Program-made: the position numbers and the translations under genes
Assembly: GCA_903845365.1 (NCBI GenBank)
Contig: CAIMXI010000475.1
Coordinates: forward strand, 24,912 to 88,911
From: an uncultured Geobacteraceae bacterium
GTDB taxonomy: Bacteria; Desulfobacterota; Desulfuromonadia; Geobacterales; Pseudopelobacteraceae
Length of the DNA: 64,000 nt
Reading direction: 5' to 3'
Shown here: piece by piece, positions 29,622 to 40,200 of the stretch
Numbering within the stretch: the stretch's first letter is position 1
Layout of the letters: every line of letters starts with the position of its first letter
Notes under the pieces: generated by a model
Told to the model about the DNA's origin: nothing
The model's input: the letters and a program-made list of their open reading frames with translations, nothing else
Databases searched by the model: none

Positions 29622-29648
29622 TGAATGAAGGGTCAATTTATCCGATAA
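29622..29648 (+). promoter_or_regulatory. Possible sigma-28-type promoter (TGAA-N15-TCCGATAA) upstream of the first TPR gene
   Basis: One mismatch in each element relative to TAAA-N15-GCCGATAA. Confidence 0.35.
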
Positions 29649-29713
29649 GGTGGGGGATACGTCACAAGTGCTATGTCTGCAATTTCTGGATGTAGTTGAA
29701 AAAGGAGTGGGTT

Positions 29714-30925
29714 ATGGCGGATATGTTTTCATCATCAGGGGCGAATCCCTTTGCCGGTATCTACGATAATGTGCAGGCTCAGCGCAGCCAGATTGCCCAG
29801 TACGCCTTGAATAAAGCGGCAACTTACTGGAATGCCAAGAAACCGGACGAGGCGATTAAGGAATTTAAGAAGGTGTTGGCCTTTGACCCCCAAAATAAGG
29901 ACGCTTACTCCAGCCTGGGTAAAATTTACCAGAGTCAGGGAAATCTAACTGAAGCCATAAAATACTTTAAATTAGGGGTGCAGGCTGATCGTACCTCCGT
30001 AACTGCCCACAATAACCTTGGTAATGCCTATCTCCAGGCAAAGCAGTACACCGATGCGGAAAAAGAATTCAAAGCGTCTGCCCGAATGGATCCTATCAAT
30101 CCACTGGCTGATTATACTCTCGGTCTTCTCTACACCCAGACGGATCGTTTTGTCGAGGCCGAAGCACAATTCAACAAGGTAGCCAAAGTATCGCCCAGGG
30201 ATGGCAACGTTCCCTACAGTATGGGGGTTCTCTACAACAAGATGGGACGCCCGGAGGACGCAGCCAAACTGTTGGAAAAGGCACTCACGTTCAAGAAGGA
30301 TTTCCCGGCAGCAAACTATGAGCTTGGCGCCGCATATGTGAAAATGGGTGAAACCGACAAGGCTACAGAGCAGCTTAGTATCCTCAATACAAAACGATCC
30401 AGCTTTGCCAATGATCTGAGTTTTCTCCTCAATAAACCAAAAATGCTCTACATGAACGAGGTCAACAACCGTGGCTTCAGTCAGTCGTTAGGAGCCGTAA
30501 CTGGTGGTGTCCGAACTAAGCTCTCTCTCGACACGTCGTTTTTAAACTCAGGTGTTTTCAGCAAACAGGTCTCTGTGGCCATCCAGTTCAATAATGAAAT
30601 GGACATCACCTCAATCATGAATCCATCCAACTGGGAAATATCGAGAGCCAATAGTATGGAAGCGGGTTACTACAACAACTTCTTGGGGGTACCGTCTACT
30701 GAAGTAACAATTCCCAAACGTCCCTTCTCTGTTACCTACAATCCGTCAACACGTGAGGCGAGCGTAATATTTATCTTGACTCAGAATGCGAACAGTGATG
30801 CCACAATCGACCCGGAGCACCTTGTTTTCAAGTTTTCCGGCAAGGATGCATCCGGGCGACAGATGGACACGGCGGCTGATCAGATCGACGGCTATTCAGT
30901 TAGAATGTCAGGTAAAGCGTTCTGA
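29714..30925 (+). CDS. TPR-repeat protein with C-terminal beta-rich (Ig-like?) domain
   Basis: About 6 TPR motifs are present (…AYSSLGKIYQSQGNLTEAIKYFK…). AAAGGAG lies 6 nt before the ATG at 29714. No signal peptide is present. Confidence 0.7.
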   Translation: MADMFSSSGANPFAGIYDNVQAQRSQIAQYALNKAATYWNAKKPDEAIKEFKKVLAFDPQNKDAYSSLGKIYQSQGNLTEAIKYFKLGVQADRTSVTAHNNLGNAYLQAKQYTDAEKEFKASARMDPINPLADYTLGLLYTQTDRFVEAEAQFNKVAKVSPRDGNVPYSMGVLYNKMGRPEDAAKLLEKALTFKKDFPAANYELGAAYVKMGETDKATEQLSILNTKRSSFANDLSFLLNKPKMLYMNEVNNRGFSQSLGAVTGGVRTKLSLDTSFLNSGVFSKQVSVAIQFNNEMDITSIMNPSNWEISRANSMEAGYYNNFLGVPSTEVTIPKRPFSVTYNPSTREASVIFILTQNANSDATIDPEHLVFKFSGKDASGRQMDTAADQIDGYSVRMSGKAF

Positions 30926-30949
30926 TTTATCCGATACATGTCAGCGTAA

Positions 30950-30990
30950 CGGCAGAGGGGATTCAAGTAATGAATCCCCTCTGCCGTTTA
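30950..30990 (+). terminator. Rho-independent terminator
   Basis: 16-bp stem CGGCAGAGGGGATTCA-agtaa-TGAATCCCCTCTGCCG followed by TTTAT. Confidence 0.75.
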
Positions 30991-31070
30991 TCAAGGAATC
31001 CATTGCAAATAGCAAGCGACTATTGTAGAAACAGCTTGTTTATAAAATAATCTACTATCAGGGAGATGAT

Positions 31071-32633
31071 ATGAATAAGCTGACACTACATGGTCTGGTC
31101 GTAATTGAAGGGCGCGCCACATATGAGCGGATCGCCTCGGCAATCCGTGACATGGAACCGGATGAAACGCTTCGCCAGATTCAGAACTTCCTGAAAATAT
31201 ATCCTGAATTTGCACAGGCGCATAATGACCTGGCGGTGCTTTACTACCAGGCTGGCAACGGCATGAAAGCGCTGGCTCATTATGAAAAGGCTCACAAACT
31301 AGAACCGTCAAATATAACGTATCGTAAAAATCTGGCAGATTTCTATTTTATCGAACTCGACTGGACCGATGATGCCATCCAGACCTACCTTGACATCCTG
31401 AAAGATAACCCGTTTGACGTTGAAACCCTCAACGCCCTTGGCACTATCAGCAGTCAGATCGGTCGCCCCGAGCAGGCTCGCCAGTATTTTACCCGTACCC
31501 TGCAGTTGGATGTCGTTAACAGTCAGGCTCGCCAGGCTTTGCAGCAGTTGGGTGGGCAACTTCCAGCGCCGCCACAGCCGGCACAAATTCCCAACAAACA
31601 ACCAGAAGCGTATTCAACTCCTGCCGTGCGTCACCACCCCACTCCCGTTCAGCAGGCTGCCGTATTTCAGCCACCACATCAGGCACCACCCCAGACCCCG
31701 GAGAATCTTCACAGACAGGCTCTGGAATTGGCAAACTCCGGAAAGGCTGCGGAAGCGGTTCGCGGCTTGGAAACGCTGCTTGTGAGTTATCCCGAATATT
31801 CTGCTGCTCATAACGACCTGGGTGTACTGTACCAGCAGACAGGTGATCTGTCGCGAGCCCGCCGTCATCACGAAGAAGCATTGCGGCTGCAGCCAGCCAA
31901 TCAGATTTTCAAGAAGAACCTGGCTGATCTGCTCTATATTGCCTGTGGCGAAACCGAAGAAGCGATGAAGCTCTATGTCAATATACTCGGCAGCACTCCG
32001 CGCGATATTGAAACACTTAAGGCCATAAGCCGCATCTGCCTTGAAGTAGGACAAACCGACGATGCCCGGATGTTTCTTGATACCATCCTGAAAATTGAGC
32101 CCTGGAACAGTGAAGCACACAAATCACTTGCCGCTCTTTCAAGCGCGGAAAAACCTTTTTATTCATCACCCGCTAAAGTTCGCGCTCCTGATGATATATA
32201 TGCTGAAGTACAGCAGTTCATTCAGCAGGATCAACTGAGTGAAGCGTATATTCTGCTGGAAGAACTGGTTCGGAATAACAGCAGCAATGCACTCTTTCAT
32301 AACGATCTAGGCGTTCTCCGCTACCGTCGTGGCGATGTCAAAGGGGCACAAAGAGCCTACGAAAAGTCGGTTGAGTTGGAGCCGACAAACAGAAATTACC
32401 GCAAGAATATGGCCGATCTGTACTTTGCAGAACTGGGTATGACCGATGATGCCATCAACATATATCTCGATCTTTTCCGGCAGCAACCGAGAGACATTGA
32501 GGCTTTGGCCAGCCTGGGTCATATCAGTACCGCTGTCGGACGTCCGAATGAAGCAATATCATTTTATCGCCGGGCTCTGGAAATTGAGCCGTGGAACGCT
32601 GAGATCCGCGCCGCACTGCAAGGGGTGATGTAA
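31071..32633 (+). CDS. TPR-repeat protein built from three ~123-aa paralogous modules plus a P/Q-rich linker
   Basis: Modules at aa 36-158, 232-354 and 395-517 share YPE…AHNDLGVLY…A…EP.N…KNLADLY…DDAI..Y..I….P.D.E.L…. The linker at aa 160-212 is Pro/Gln-rich. Confidence 0.8.
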   Translation: MNKLTLHGLVVIEGRATYERIASAIRDMEPDETLRQIQNFLKIYPEFAQAHNDLAVLYYQAGNGMKALAHYEKAHKLEPSNITYRKNLADFYFIELDWTDDAIQTYLDILKDNPFDVETLNALGTISSQIGRPEQARQYFTRTLQLDVVNSQARQALQQLGGQLPAPPQPAQIPNKQPEAYSTPAVRHHPTPVQQAAVFQPPHQAPPQTPENLHRQALELANSGKAAEAVRGLETLLVSYPEYSAAHNDLGVLYQQTGDLSRARRHHEEALRLQPANQIFKKNLADLLYIACGETEEAMKLYVNILGSTPRDIETLKAISRICLEVGQTDDARMFLDTILKIEPWNSEAHKSLAALSSAEKPFYSSPAKVRAPDDIYAEVQQFIQQDQLSEAYILLEELVRNNSSNALFHNDLGVLRYRRGDVKGAQRAYEKSVELEPTNRNYRKNMADLYFAELGMTDDAINIYLDLFRQQPRDIEALASLGHISTAVGRPNEAISFYRRALEIEPWNAEIRAALQGVM

Positions 32634-32754
32634 GAGAAGTATACTCGGATCGTTAGGTGGCCTTTCCCCATTTTCTTTATTTTTTTCGGAACAGAAATTT
32701 CGGGATGTTTTAGATGTTTTTTTTGGTTCCAGCTCATCCGGGTTGGGAGGCATT

Positions 32755-34239
32755 ATGATAAATCCCAGAGTATGTTTTATAATACCTCCCTCTCCTTTTT
32801 TAAGCGATGAAAGAGTTTTTGTCAGCTTAGGGGTGCTCAAAGTTGTATCTGCCATCGAGAATACATACCCGGTTGATGTTCTTGATCTCTCTGGTGTTGC
32901 CAATTTTGAAGAAGTGGTCGAAGAATACATCTGTAGTAAACAAACCTCCATTATCGGCATTACAGTAACAACTCCACAACTGCCGGCAACGGTTTCAATT
33001 ATTAACACCATACGTCGATGCGCTCAAACCGTCAGAATTATTCTGGGTGGTCCTCATATGACCTTGGTATATGCGGCTTTTACTCGTGAACATGATAAAG
33101 GGATAAGTAGTAGGGCAACCGCAACCTTCCGTGAACTTGAAGAGTTGTCCGATGTGATTGTTGCAGGTGATGGTGAAAAAGCCATTTTTATTGCTTTGGG
33201 CCCAAACCCACCAAAAGTTATTAATGCGGATGATCCACATAGTCCGCTGTTTTTGCGCAATGATGATTTGAACAAAATGGCGTGGCCTGCAAGGCATCTC
33301 ATAGATGTAAACAGTTATCATTATTATATTGATGGCGAGCGAGCACTTAGTCTTGTTTCCCAGCTTGGTTGTCCGTTTGGATGTGGTTTTTGTGGGGGAA
33401 GGCTTTCTCCGTCACTTCGTCGTATGCGTAGCCGCTCTAAAAACAGTGTATTGGCTGAGATAGAACACCTTCACTCTACCTATGGTGTTAAGGGATTCAT
33501 GTTTTATGATGACGAACTGAATGTTAATCACTCACTTTTTACGGAACTATTGACGGGTGTGATAGAACTTCAGGATAGACTTGGAGTGGAATTCCGTCTA
33601 CGAGGTTTTGTAAAGTCTCAACTCTTCAATGAGAAGCAAGCACGATTGATGTATACAGCCGGTTTTCGCTGGATACTTACGGGGTTTGAGTCAGCTTCTC
33701 CAGAAATTCTGGTGAATATGAACAAAAAAGCAACCGTAGAGGAAAATACGCGTTGTGTAGAATTTGCAAGGGCAAACGGGCTTAAGGTAAAGGCTCTCAT
33801 GTCGCTTGGGCATCCTGGAGAGTCACATACAACTGCCGAAATGACGCGCAATTGGTTACTTCAAGTAAAACCTGATGATTTTGACATCTCATTGATTACT
33901 ATATATCCGGGTACTCCCTATTATGACGATGCGGTTCCACATCCGCAGTTGGAACACGTCTGGATATATACTTATAACGGTGCCAAGCTTTACAGTCGAG
34001 AAGTCGATTACCTAATAATATCTGACTACTACAAGGGTGATCCTAATATCGGTTATGAATCATTTGTTTATACTGACTATCTTCAACCGCACGAGATTGT
34101 CAGTTTAAGAAATGATATCGACCGTGACGTTAGAGAACAGCTAAATATTCCCCCTCCCTGCAGTATTCCAGCTATGCGTTATGAGCACAGTATGGGACAA
34201 ACTGGATTTCCTGCTACAATTTTGCGATCTTCTCCCTGA
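32755..34239 (+). CDS. B12-binding-domain radical SAM protein
   Basis: An N-terminal Rossmann-like B12-binding region (IIGITVTTPQL…ILGGPH) is followed by GCPFGCGFCGG (Cx3Cx2C). The ATG at 32755 is preferred. Confidence 0.8.
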   Translation: MINPRVCFIIPPSPFLSDERVFVSLGVLKVVSAIENTYPVDVLDLSGVANFEEVVEEYICSKQTSIIGITVTTPQLPATVSIINTIRRCAQTVRIILGGPHMTLVYAAFTREHDKGISSRATATFRELEELSDVIVAGDGEKAIFIALGPNPPKVINADDPHSPLFLRNDDLNKMAWPARHLIDVNSYHYYIDGERALSLVSQLGCPFGCGFCGGRLSPSLRRMRSRSKNSVLAEIEHLHSTYGVKGFMFYDDELNVNHSLFTELLTGVIELQDRLGVEFRLRGFVKSQLFNEKQARLMYTAGFRWILTGFESASPEILVNMNKKATVEENTRCVEFARANGLKVKALMSLGHPGESHTTAEMTRNWLLQVKPDDFDISLITIYPGTPYYDDAVPHPQLEHVWIYTYNGAKLYSREVDYLIISDYYKGDPNIGYESFVYTDYLQPHEIVSLRNDIDRDVREQLNIPPPCSIPAMRYEHSMGQTGFPATILRSSP

Positions 34240-34290
34240 TTCAAGTTAACCAGGCTCAAAAAAGTACCCACATTGTGTTAAGGATGGACA

Positions 34291-37200
34291 ATGCCTGATA
34301 ATCCGAATACCGCTGTTTTTTTTAATAAACTATACTCAGGTACTTGGGAAATAAATAATTTCTCGAGTGAATGGTTGTATGAGGAAAGTGGCAGGCTTGC
34401 GTTTTACCAGAGATTAGCCATGTTGGATTTCTTTGACTGTAATGGTGCCATTCTCGATGTTGGTTGCGGTATGGGAGGGCTGTTCTCGACTCTGGCAAAT
34501 GACAAACGTCTGGATAAATTTGGTATTGATTTTTCGGATAAAGCGATCGAGATAATAAAAAAAAGGGTTAAAGGTGAGTTCGTTGTTGGGGATGTACATA
34601 CACTCCCATACGAAAACAACCGCTTTGACAGAATCATCTGTATTGAAACGCTAGAGCATGTCAGTTATCCTGACGTATTGATTAAGGAAATGATAAGAGT
34701 ATTGAAGCTCTCCGGCAAGATCCTGATTACCGTTCCCAATAAGGAAAACGATATATCCTCCGAAAATTGGCCGGGTGGAGTTAACCTGCATATTAATCAA
34801 TTCACCCCCGGCACATTGTCTCAGCTTATTTCTGATAATCATATGGTTGTAGAGTTTTGTGACGTAGTTGATGGCGTTATCCAGATTCAGGCTTGTTTAT
34901 CATCCCCGAAAGTTTTCATGATTGAATCTACCCTTGCCTGCAACCTGCGCTGCCCCGAATGTGCCATCGGCGGCAAACTGATTACCAGAAAGCAGCAAAT
35001 GATGAGCTTTGGTAGTTTTAAAATTCTCGCAGACAAAATAAAACCTTATGCCCAATTTCTCTATCCCTATATATGGGGAGAGCCAACGCTGAATTCCGAT
35101 ATTATTCCGATTCTTCGCTACGCTTCGACTTTCACCAAAACCAATATCAGCACTAACGGCATGTTCATGACTGAACTCCTTGCAGAAGAGTTAATAAAGT
35201 CAGGTGTCTCGAGTATTATTGTGTCTATTGACGGCTTGAGCCAAAATGTTTACGGACGGTATCGGATCGGTGGCGATGTGCAAAAAGTATGGACTGCACT
35301 GGAGGTGCTTCAACGATACAACCTAAAACATGGCAAACCTGTGGCCATAACCCCCCAATACATTGTTTTCCGTCACAACCAACATGAAATGGAGTCATTT
35401 GTGGTTCGATGTCGGAACTTAGGATTAGAACCAACATTCAAAGCGCCGTATCTCAGAGATAATTCTCGTTTCGAGTATTCTGACCGTACTGAGTATATCA
35501 GAACGCACTACCCGACAGAAGATGCGCTAAAATATGCCATGCGCGAATGTCCTGATGCTCGCTATACATTTACCATATTTGTGGACGGTTCTGTTGTGGC
35601 TTGCTGCTACGACCATGACAACGCGACCGTTTTCGGCAACCTGTTTGAACAGGATGTTGATGAGATCTGGAATAGCCCTCGTTATCGCCAGTTCCGATGG
35701 GATATGGTAACTGGGAATACACCAAAGTTTTGTACCGAGAACTGTCTGGCATACTACAGAGGGTCACCTGAACGGCATTGCTCAACGGCGGCAAATGCAG
35801 CTCAAGGTGTTGATATAACCTGTTCAGAAGCCAGTCTTCCTGCACAACGTGAAGACAACAGCGTAAGGATCTCTATGAAAAGAAAGAAAAATACAGATTT
35901 TCCGCTCGATGATCTTAATGCTGCTGTTAACTACGCCCGTAATTTATTCTGCAGTAATGACTATCAGTTGGCATTCGATCTCTATGAAAGTTTGATTGAT
36001 TATTGGCGAAACCATGCCATACCGCTACTGGCAGAGGTCTATGATCAGTACGAGACACTGCCGGACAAGGAAAGCCGATATTTGCTTTATCAGTCGCGCC
36101 ATTTTGACTTTAAAATTAGCCCTGGTGATAGGGTTCTGGATGTTGGCAGTGGACACATACCCTTCCAGCTTGCCACACATTTAACCGATATTTCTGTTAA
36201 CGATGATGGTGTCGGGCGTGCCGGCACCCCATTTAAACATCTGGAAGGTATACCGGTGTATGAGTGCAATGTTGAAAGCATGCCTTTCTCAGACAAAGAG
36301 TTTGATTTTGTATATTGCTCACATGTACTTGAACATACTAATAATCCGGAAGCGGCTTGTCGTGAGCTGATGCGAGTTGGTAAGCGAGGCTATATCGAGA
36401 CACCGAACAGAGGTAAGGATGCTTGGCTAAACATGGCCAAAACGAGTAATCACCGCTGGGCAGTGGAATGGGTAAACGAAACACTTATTTTTACAGAATA
36501 TACTCCAGAGGAGAAGGAAGGACTGGGTAACGACATTTTGATGAGTATGCACTGCTCACCGCAGACCCCTCGTGAGAAAGCTTTTTCGGCGTTGATATAT
36601 CTCAAGGCACCATTGGTCAACACAATGTTTTGTTGGAATGACTCATTTCGGTTTGAGGTTAGACATTGCATTTCTGCTCCCAATCTCGATAGTGTTGATC
36701 ATGGCAACGCTACATGGCAGAAAACCATGAATCTTCCGAGCGTTAAGCTCTACGCTGGTGACATGCCAGAAATGGATCAGTATATCGGCTGGGTTGGCCT
36801 CTCAATATCGAAGAGTGATCATCGGCACATCCTTCATGACGTCACCCGACCTTTTCCCATTCCAGACAATTCGGTGGATGCCTTCCAAGCAGAAGACGTA
36901 CTTGAACACATACCTTACGATCAACTGCTCACGGTATTGAATGAGATATATAGAGTTCTCAAGCCGAGAGCTCTTTTCCGACTTTCCGTGCCCGATTACG
37001 GTTGCGACGTTCTTCAAGAGCGCTCCCTCAAAGATTCCTATGGAAAAATAGTATTTGATCCTGGTGGTGGCGGAACCGTTGAATTCCCCGGGCACGTATG
37101 GTTTCCAAGGATTGATAATGTTCGAAAACTTATAAACGAATCATTGTTTGCCATATTCGGGCGGGTTGACTATCTGCACTACTACAATATGGACGGTTCC

Positions 37201-40200
37201 TTCGTTGTAAAACCGGTGGATTATGCAATAGGACACGTTGACAGGACTCCAGATCACGATGATAGGGTAAAGTCGCCGTATCGTCCTATGTCGATGATTA
37301 TTGATCTTGTCAAGGCTGCTGGCAAAGGGTTCTGTCTCTTTATCAATACCTATTACGGTGCCTTTTTGAGCAAAGCCTATTCTCAATACTCCGACTTGGG
37401 CGACAAACATTATAAAGAACAACTACAACAGCTCGTCGATTGCCACTTCGGCGACAGTGACTTCTATTCAGGAAGGCTTAAAGACGCTGGCTGGAATGCT
37501 GACGATCTGATAGTCAACTGCGAGCCATTGCAGTTGGCCTGGGCACGCGAAAACGAGACAAGCTATGAAGGTCAGGATCTGGTTGTTGAACAAGTAAAAC
37601 TTGCGAAACCCGATTGTATTTATCTGCAAAATCTTGGTCTGGGCACAAAGGAGTTTCTTTCCGCAATCAGGCCTTACACCACTTTGATCCTCGGCCAGAT
37701 TGCATATCCATTACTAGAGCAAACAGATCTGTCTGGTTTTGACATCATCTTTTCATCGTTTCCCCACTTTGTTGACAGATTCCGCGCGGCAGGTATTACC
37801 GCATATTACCAGCCTCTGGCCTTTGAACCACGCATCCTGAAATCGGTGACAAAATTTGCTTTTAGCCAGCGCCCGGTTGAATGTTCGTTCGTCGGGGGAA
37901 TTTCTCCTATGCACGGCAAAGGGTACCAACTTCTTGAAACGCTCGCAACACATGTTCCGATCGACTTTTGGGGATATGGTGCCGTGACATTGCCGCCTGA
38001 CTCCGCTATCAGAGCACGTCATCATGGCGAGGTGTGGGGAACCGAGATGTTTTATCTCCTGGGTGCCTCGAAAATAACGATTAACCGTCATATCGACGTA
38101 GCAGAAAACAACGCCAATAATATGCGATTGTTTGAGGCAACTGGTTGCGGTGCATTGCTTATAACCGATTACAAGGACAATCTTAGCGAACTATTTGAAA
38201 TTGGAAAAGAAGTTGTAGTGTACCGCTCCCCTGAAGAATGTATCGAGCTTGTAAGATATTATCTGGCCCACTCCAAAGAAGCGGAAGAAATTGCTAAGGC
38301 CGGACAGGCACGTACGCTCCGTGATCATGTCTATGAAAAACGGATGAAGCAAACGGCAAAGCTTATGTCACGACATCTAAGGTATCGCCGGGAGCAGGGA
38401 ACGTTGCATTTTCCGGAAAGGATTTCGGATGGCTATCAGGGACTTTCTGCCGCTGACGTAACACCTAAACTTGAATCTGCCTGGAAAAGCCCTGATATTC
38501 CTCGACAGCAAAGGGCATTAGTTCAGCAGCAGCTAATGGAGATGTATCTAGGCAATATACCAGAGCCATTCAAGGTATTGAGTGATCTTTTGTTGCCGCT
38601 CGCACACGCGGGGATTTCAATTTTAGAAATTGGCTGTGCTAGCGGATACTATTGCGAAGTTCTTGAGTATCTTCTGAAAAGACAGCTTGACTACACCGGA
38701 GTGGACTATTCCTTGGCCATGATTGATATGGCCAGAGATTATTACCCGGAAGCTTCCTTCCTCACTGCGGACGGAGCCAAGCTTCCGATTGCAGACAAAA
38801 CGTTCCGGATTGTCGTATCCGGTTGTGTGCTTTTGCATACTCCAGCATATGCCCAACATATTGCCGAGACAGCTCGCGTGGCAGAACAGTGGATCGCAGT
38901 CCACCGAACGCCGGTCTGCCGGACGCGCCCGACGACTTGCTATACAAAAATGGCCTATGGCGTTGAAACCGTGGAATTCAGGTTCAACGAACAGGAACTA
39001 CTCTGGCTTTTTGAGCAGGAGGGCTTCAAACCTGCGAAGGTCTGCACCTATCTGGAGCGCCAAGAGAATGATGAGTACGAGGCGAGCTATCTGCTGGAAA
39101 GAGTCCAGCAACTGGTTGGCATTAAACTGCCTTTGGCATCGCCTCCCATCCGGCCATTATTAGTGCTCAACCGGCCTGTAGTACTGGTTTCGCGAGCAAT
39201 TGCCTATACCTTCCCGCTCTCCTATGCCTACCTTGCCGGACAACTGCGCTCACAGGGAGAAGATGTCAGGGTGCTTTTCAAGGATATTCCTCCTCAGGCA
39301 CTGGTGAAACAGATCATGGATCTGAACCCGCTTATTGTTGGATTCGGCAATCTGTATCCAGAACTAGCAGAAACAAAGACTCTGATCCGGATGCTTGACG
39401 CAGTCGGAAGAAAGTTTCCTATTGTCATCGGTGGCCAGATGGTGAGCCCGACGCCAGAATTTGCCGTCAGAATTACCGGAGCTGATTTTGGCGTTATTGG
39501 TGAAGGGGAGCTTATACTCGGGGAACTCGTCAAACGGCTCAGGAATGGCCAGGATATCTCTGACCTTAAGGGTCTTGTTATTAGAGACGGAGCATATATT
39601 CAAAACAACGGTCCCGGGCCTTTCATAGAAAATCTTTCTTCGGGGCTGCCATCAATCCCCTATGAACTTTTTCCTACGGAACAGTGGCTACCGATCGGTG
39701 AATGGTATGCCAAAAACATCCCTGTACCACACTGGAAAATTGACGATCGGGTTATCAATGTGCATGGCGGTAGAGGCTGTCCGTTCACCTGTAACTTTTG
39801 TTATCATCACAGCAAGGCTCGCTATCGCGACGTTTCGGTTATGATGGACGAAGCTCAGGAAGCGCTCATACGTTTCAATGGCAATATGCTCTACTTTTCT
39901 GATGATCTTGTCATGGCAAACCCCAAGCGGGCCCGAGAATTAATTGATGCCATATGGAAGTTGGATAGGCCGGTTTCGTTCCAGATATCAACTAGGTTTG
40001 ACATCCTTGCAAGAATGGATGATGAAATGCTGCGTGACCTGAAGCGGGCGGGTTGTCGAAGTATGGGGCTTGGCCTTGAGTCCGGTTCAGACCGTATCCT
40101 GAAGATAATCGGCAAGAACTGTACCGCACAACAGATAGAAGAGGGGCTTGAGCGTCTTCGCCTTGTGGGCATATACCCGACGACCTCAATAATGCTGGGG

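Noticed and set aside
30924-30941. Second copy of ATTTATCCGATA (also at 29637-29648) considered as a sigma-28 promoter for the second TPR gene.
   Set aside because: The TAAA element is only 13 nt from the -10-like box instead of 15. The site also lies upstream of a strong terminator hairpin (30950-30986). It is noted as a repeat only.
32634-32754. Small ORF MFFLVPAHPGWEAL considered as a RiPP precursor for the radical SAM enzymes.
   Set aside because: It is only 14 codons, has no SD, overlaps the rSAM start region, and has no Cys/Ser/Thr-rich core.
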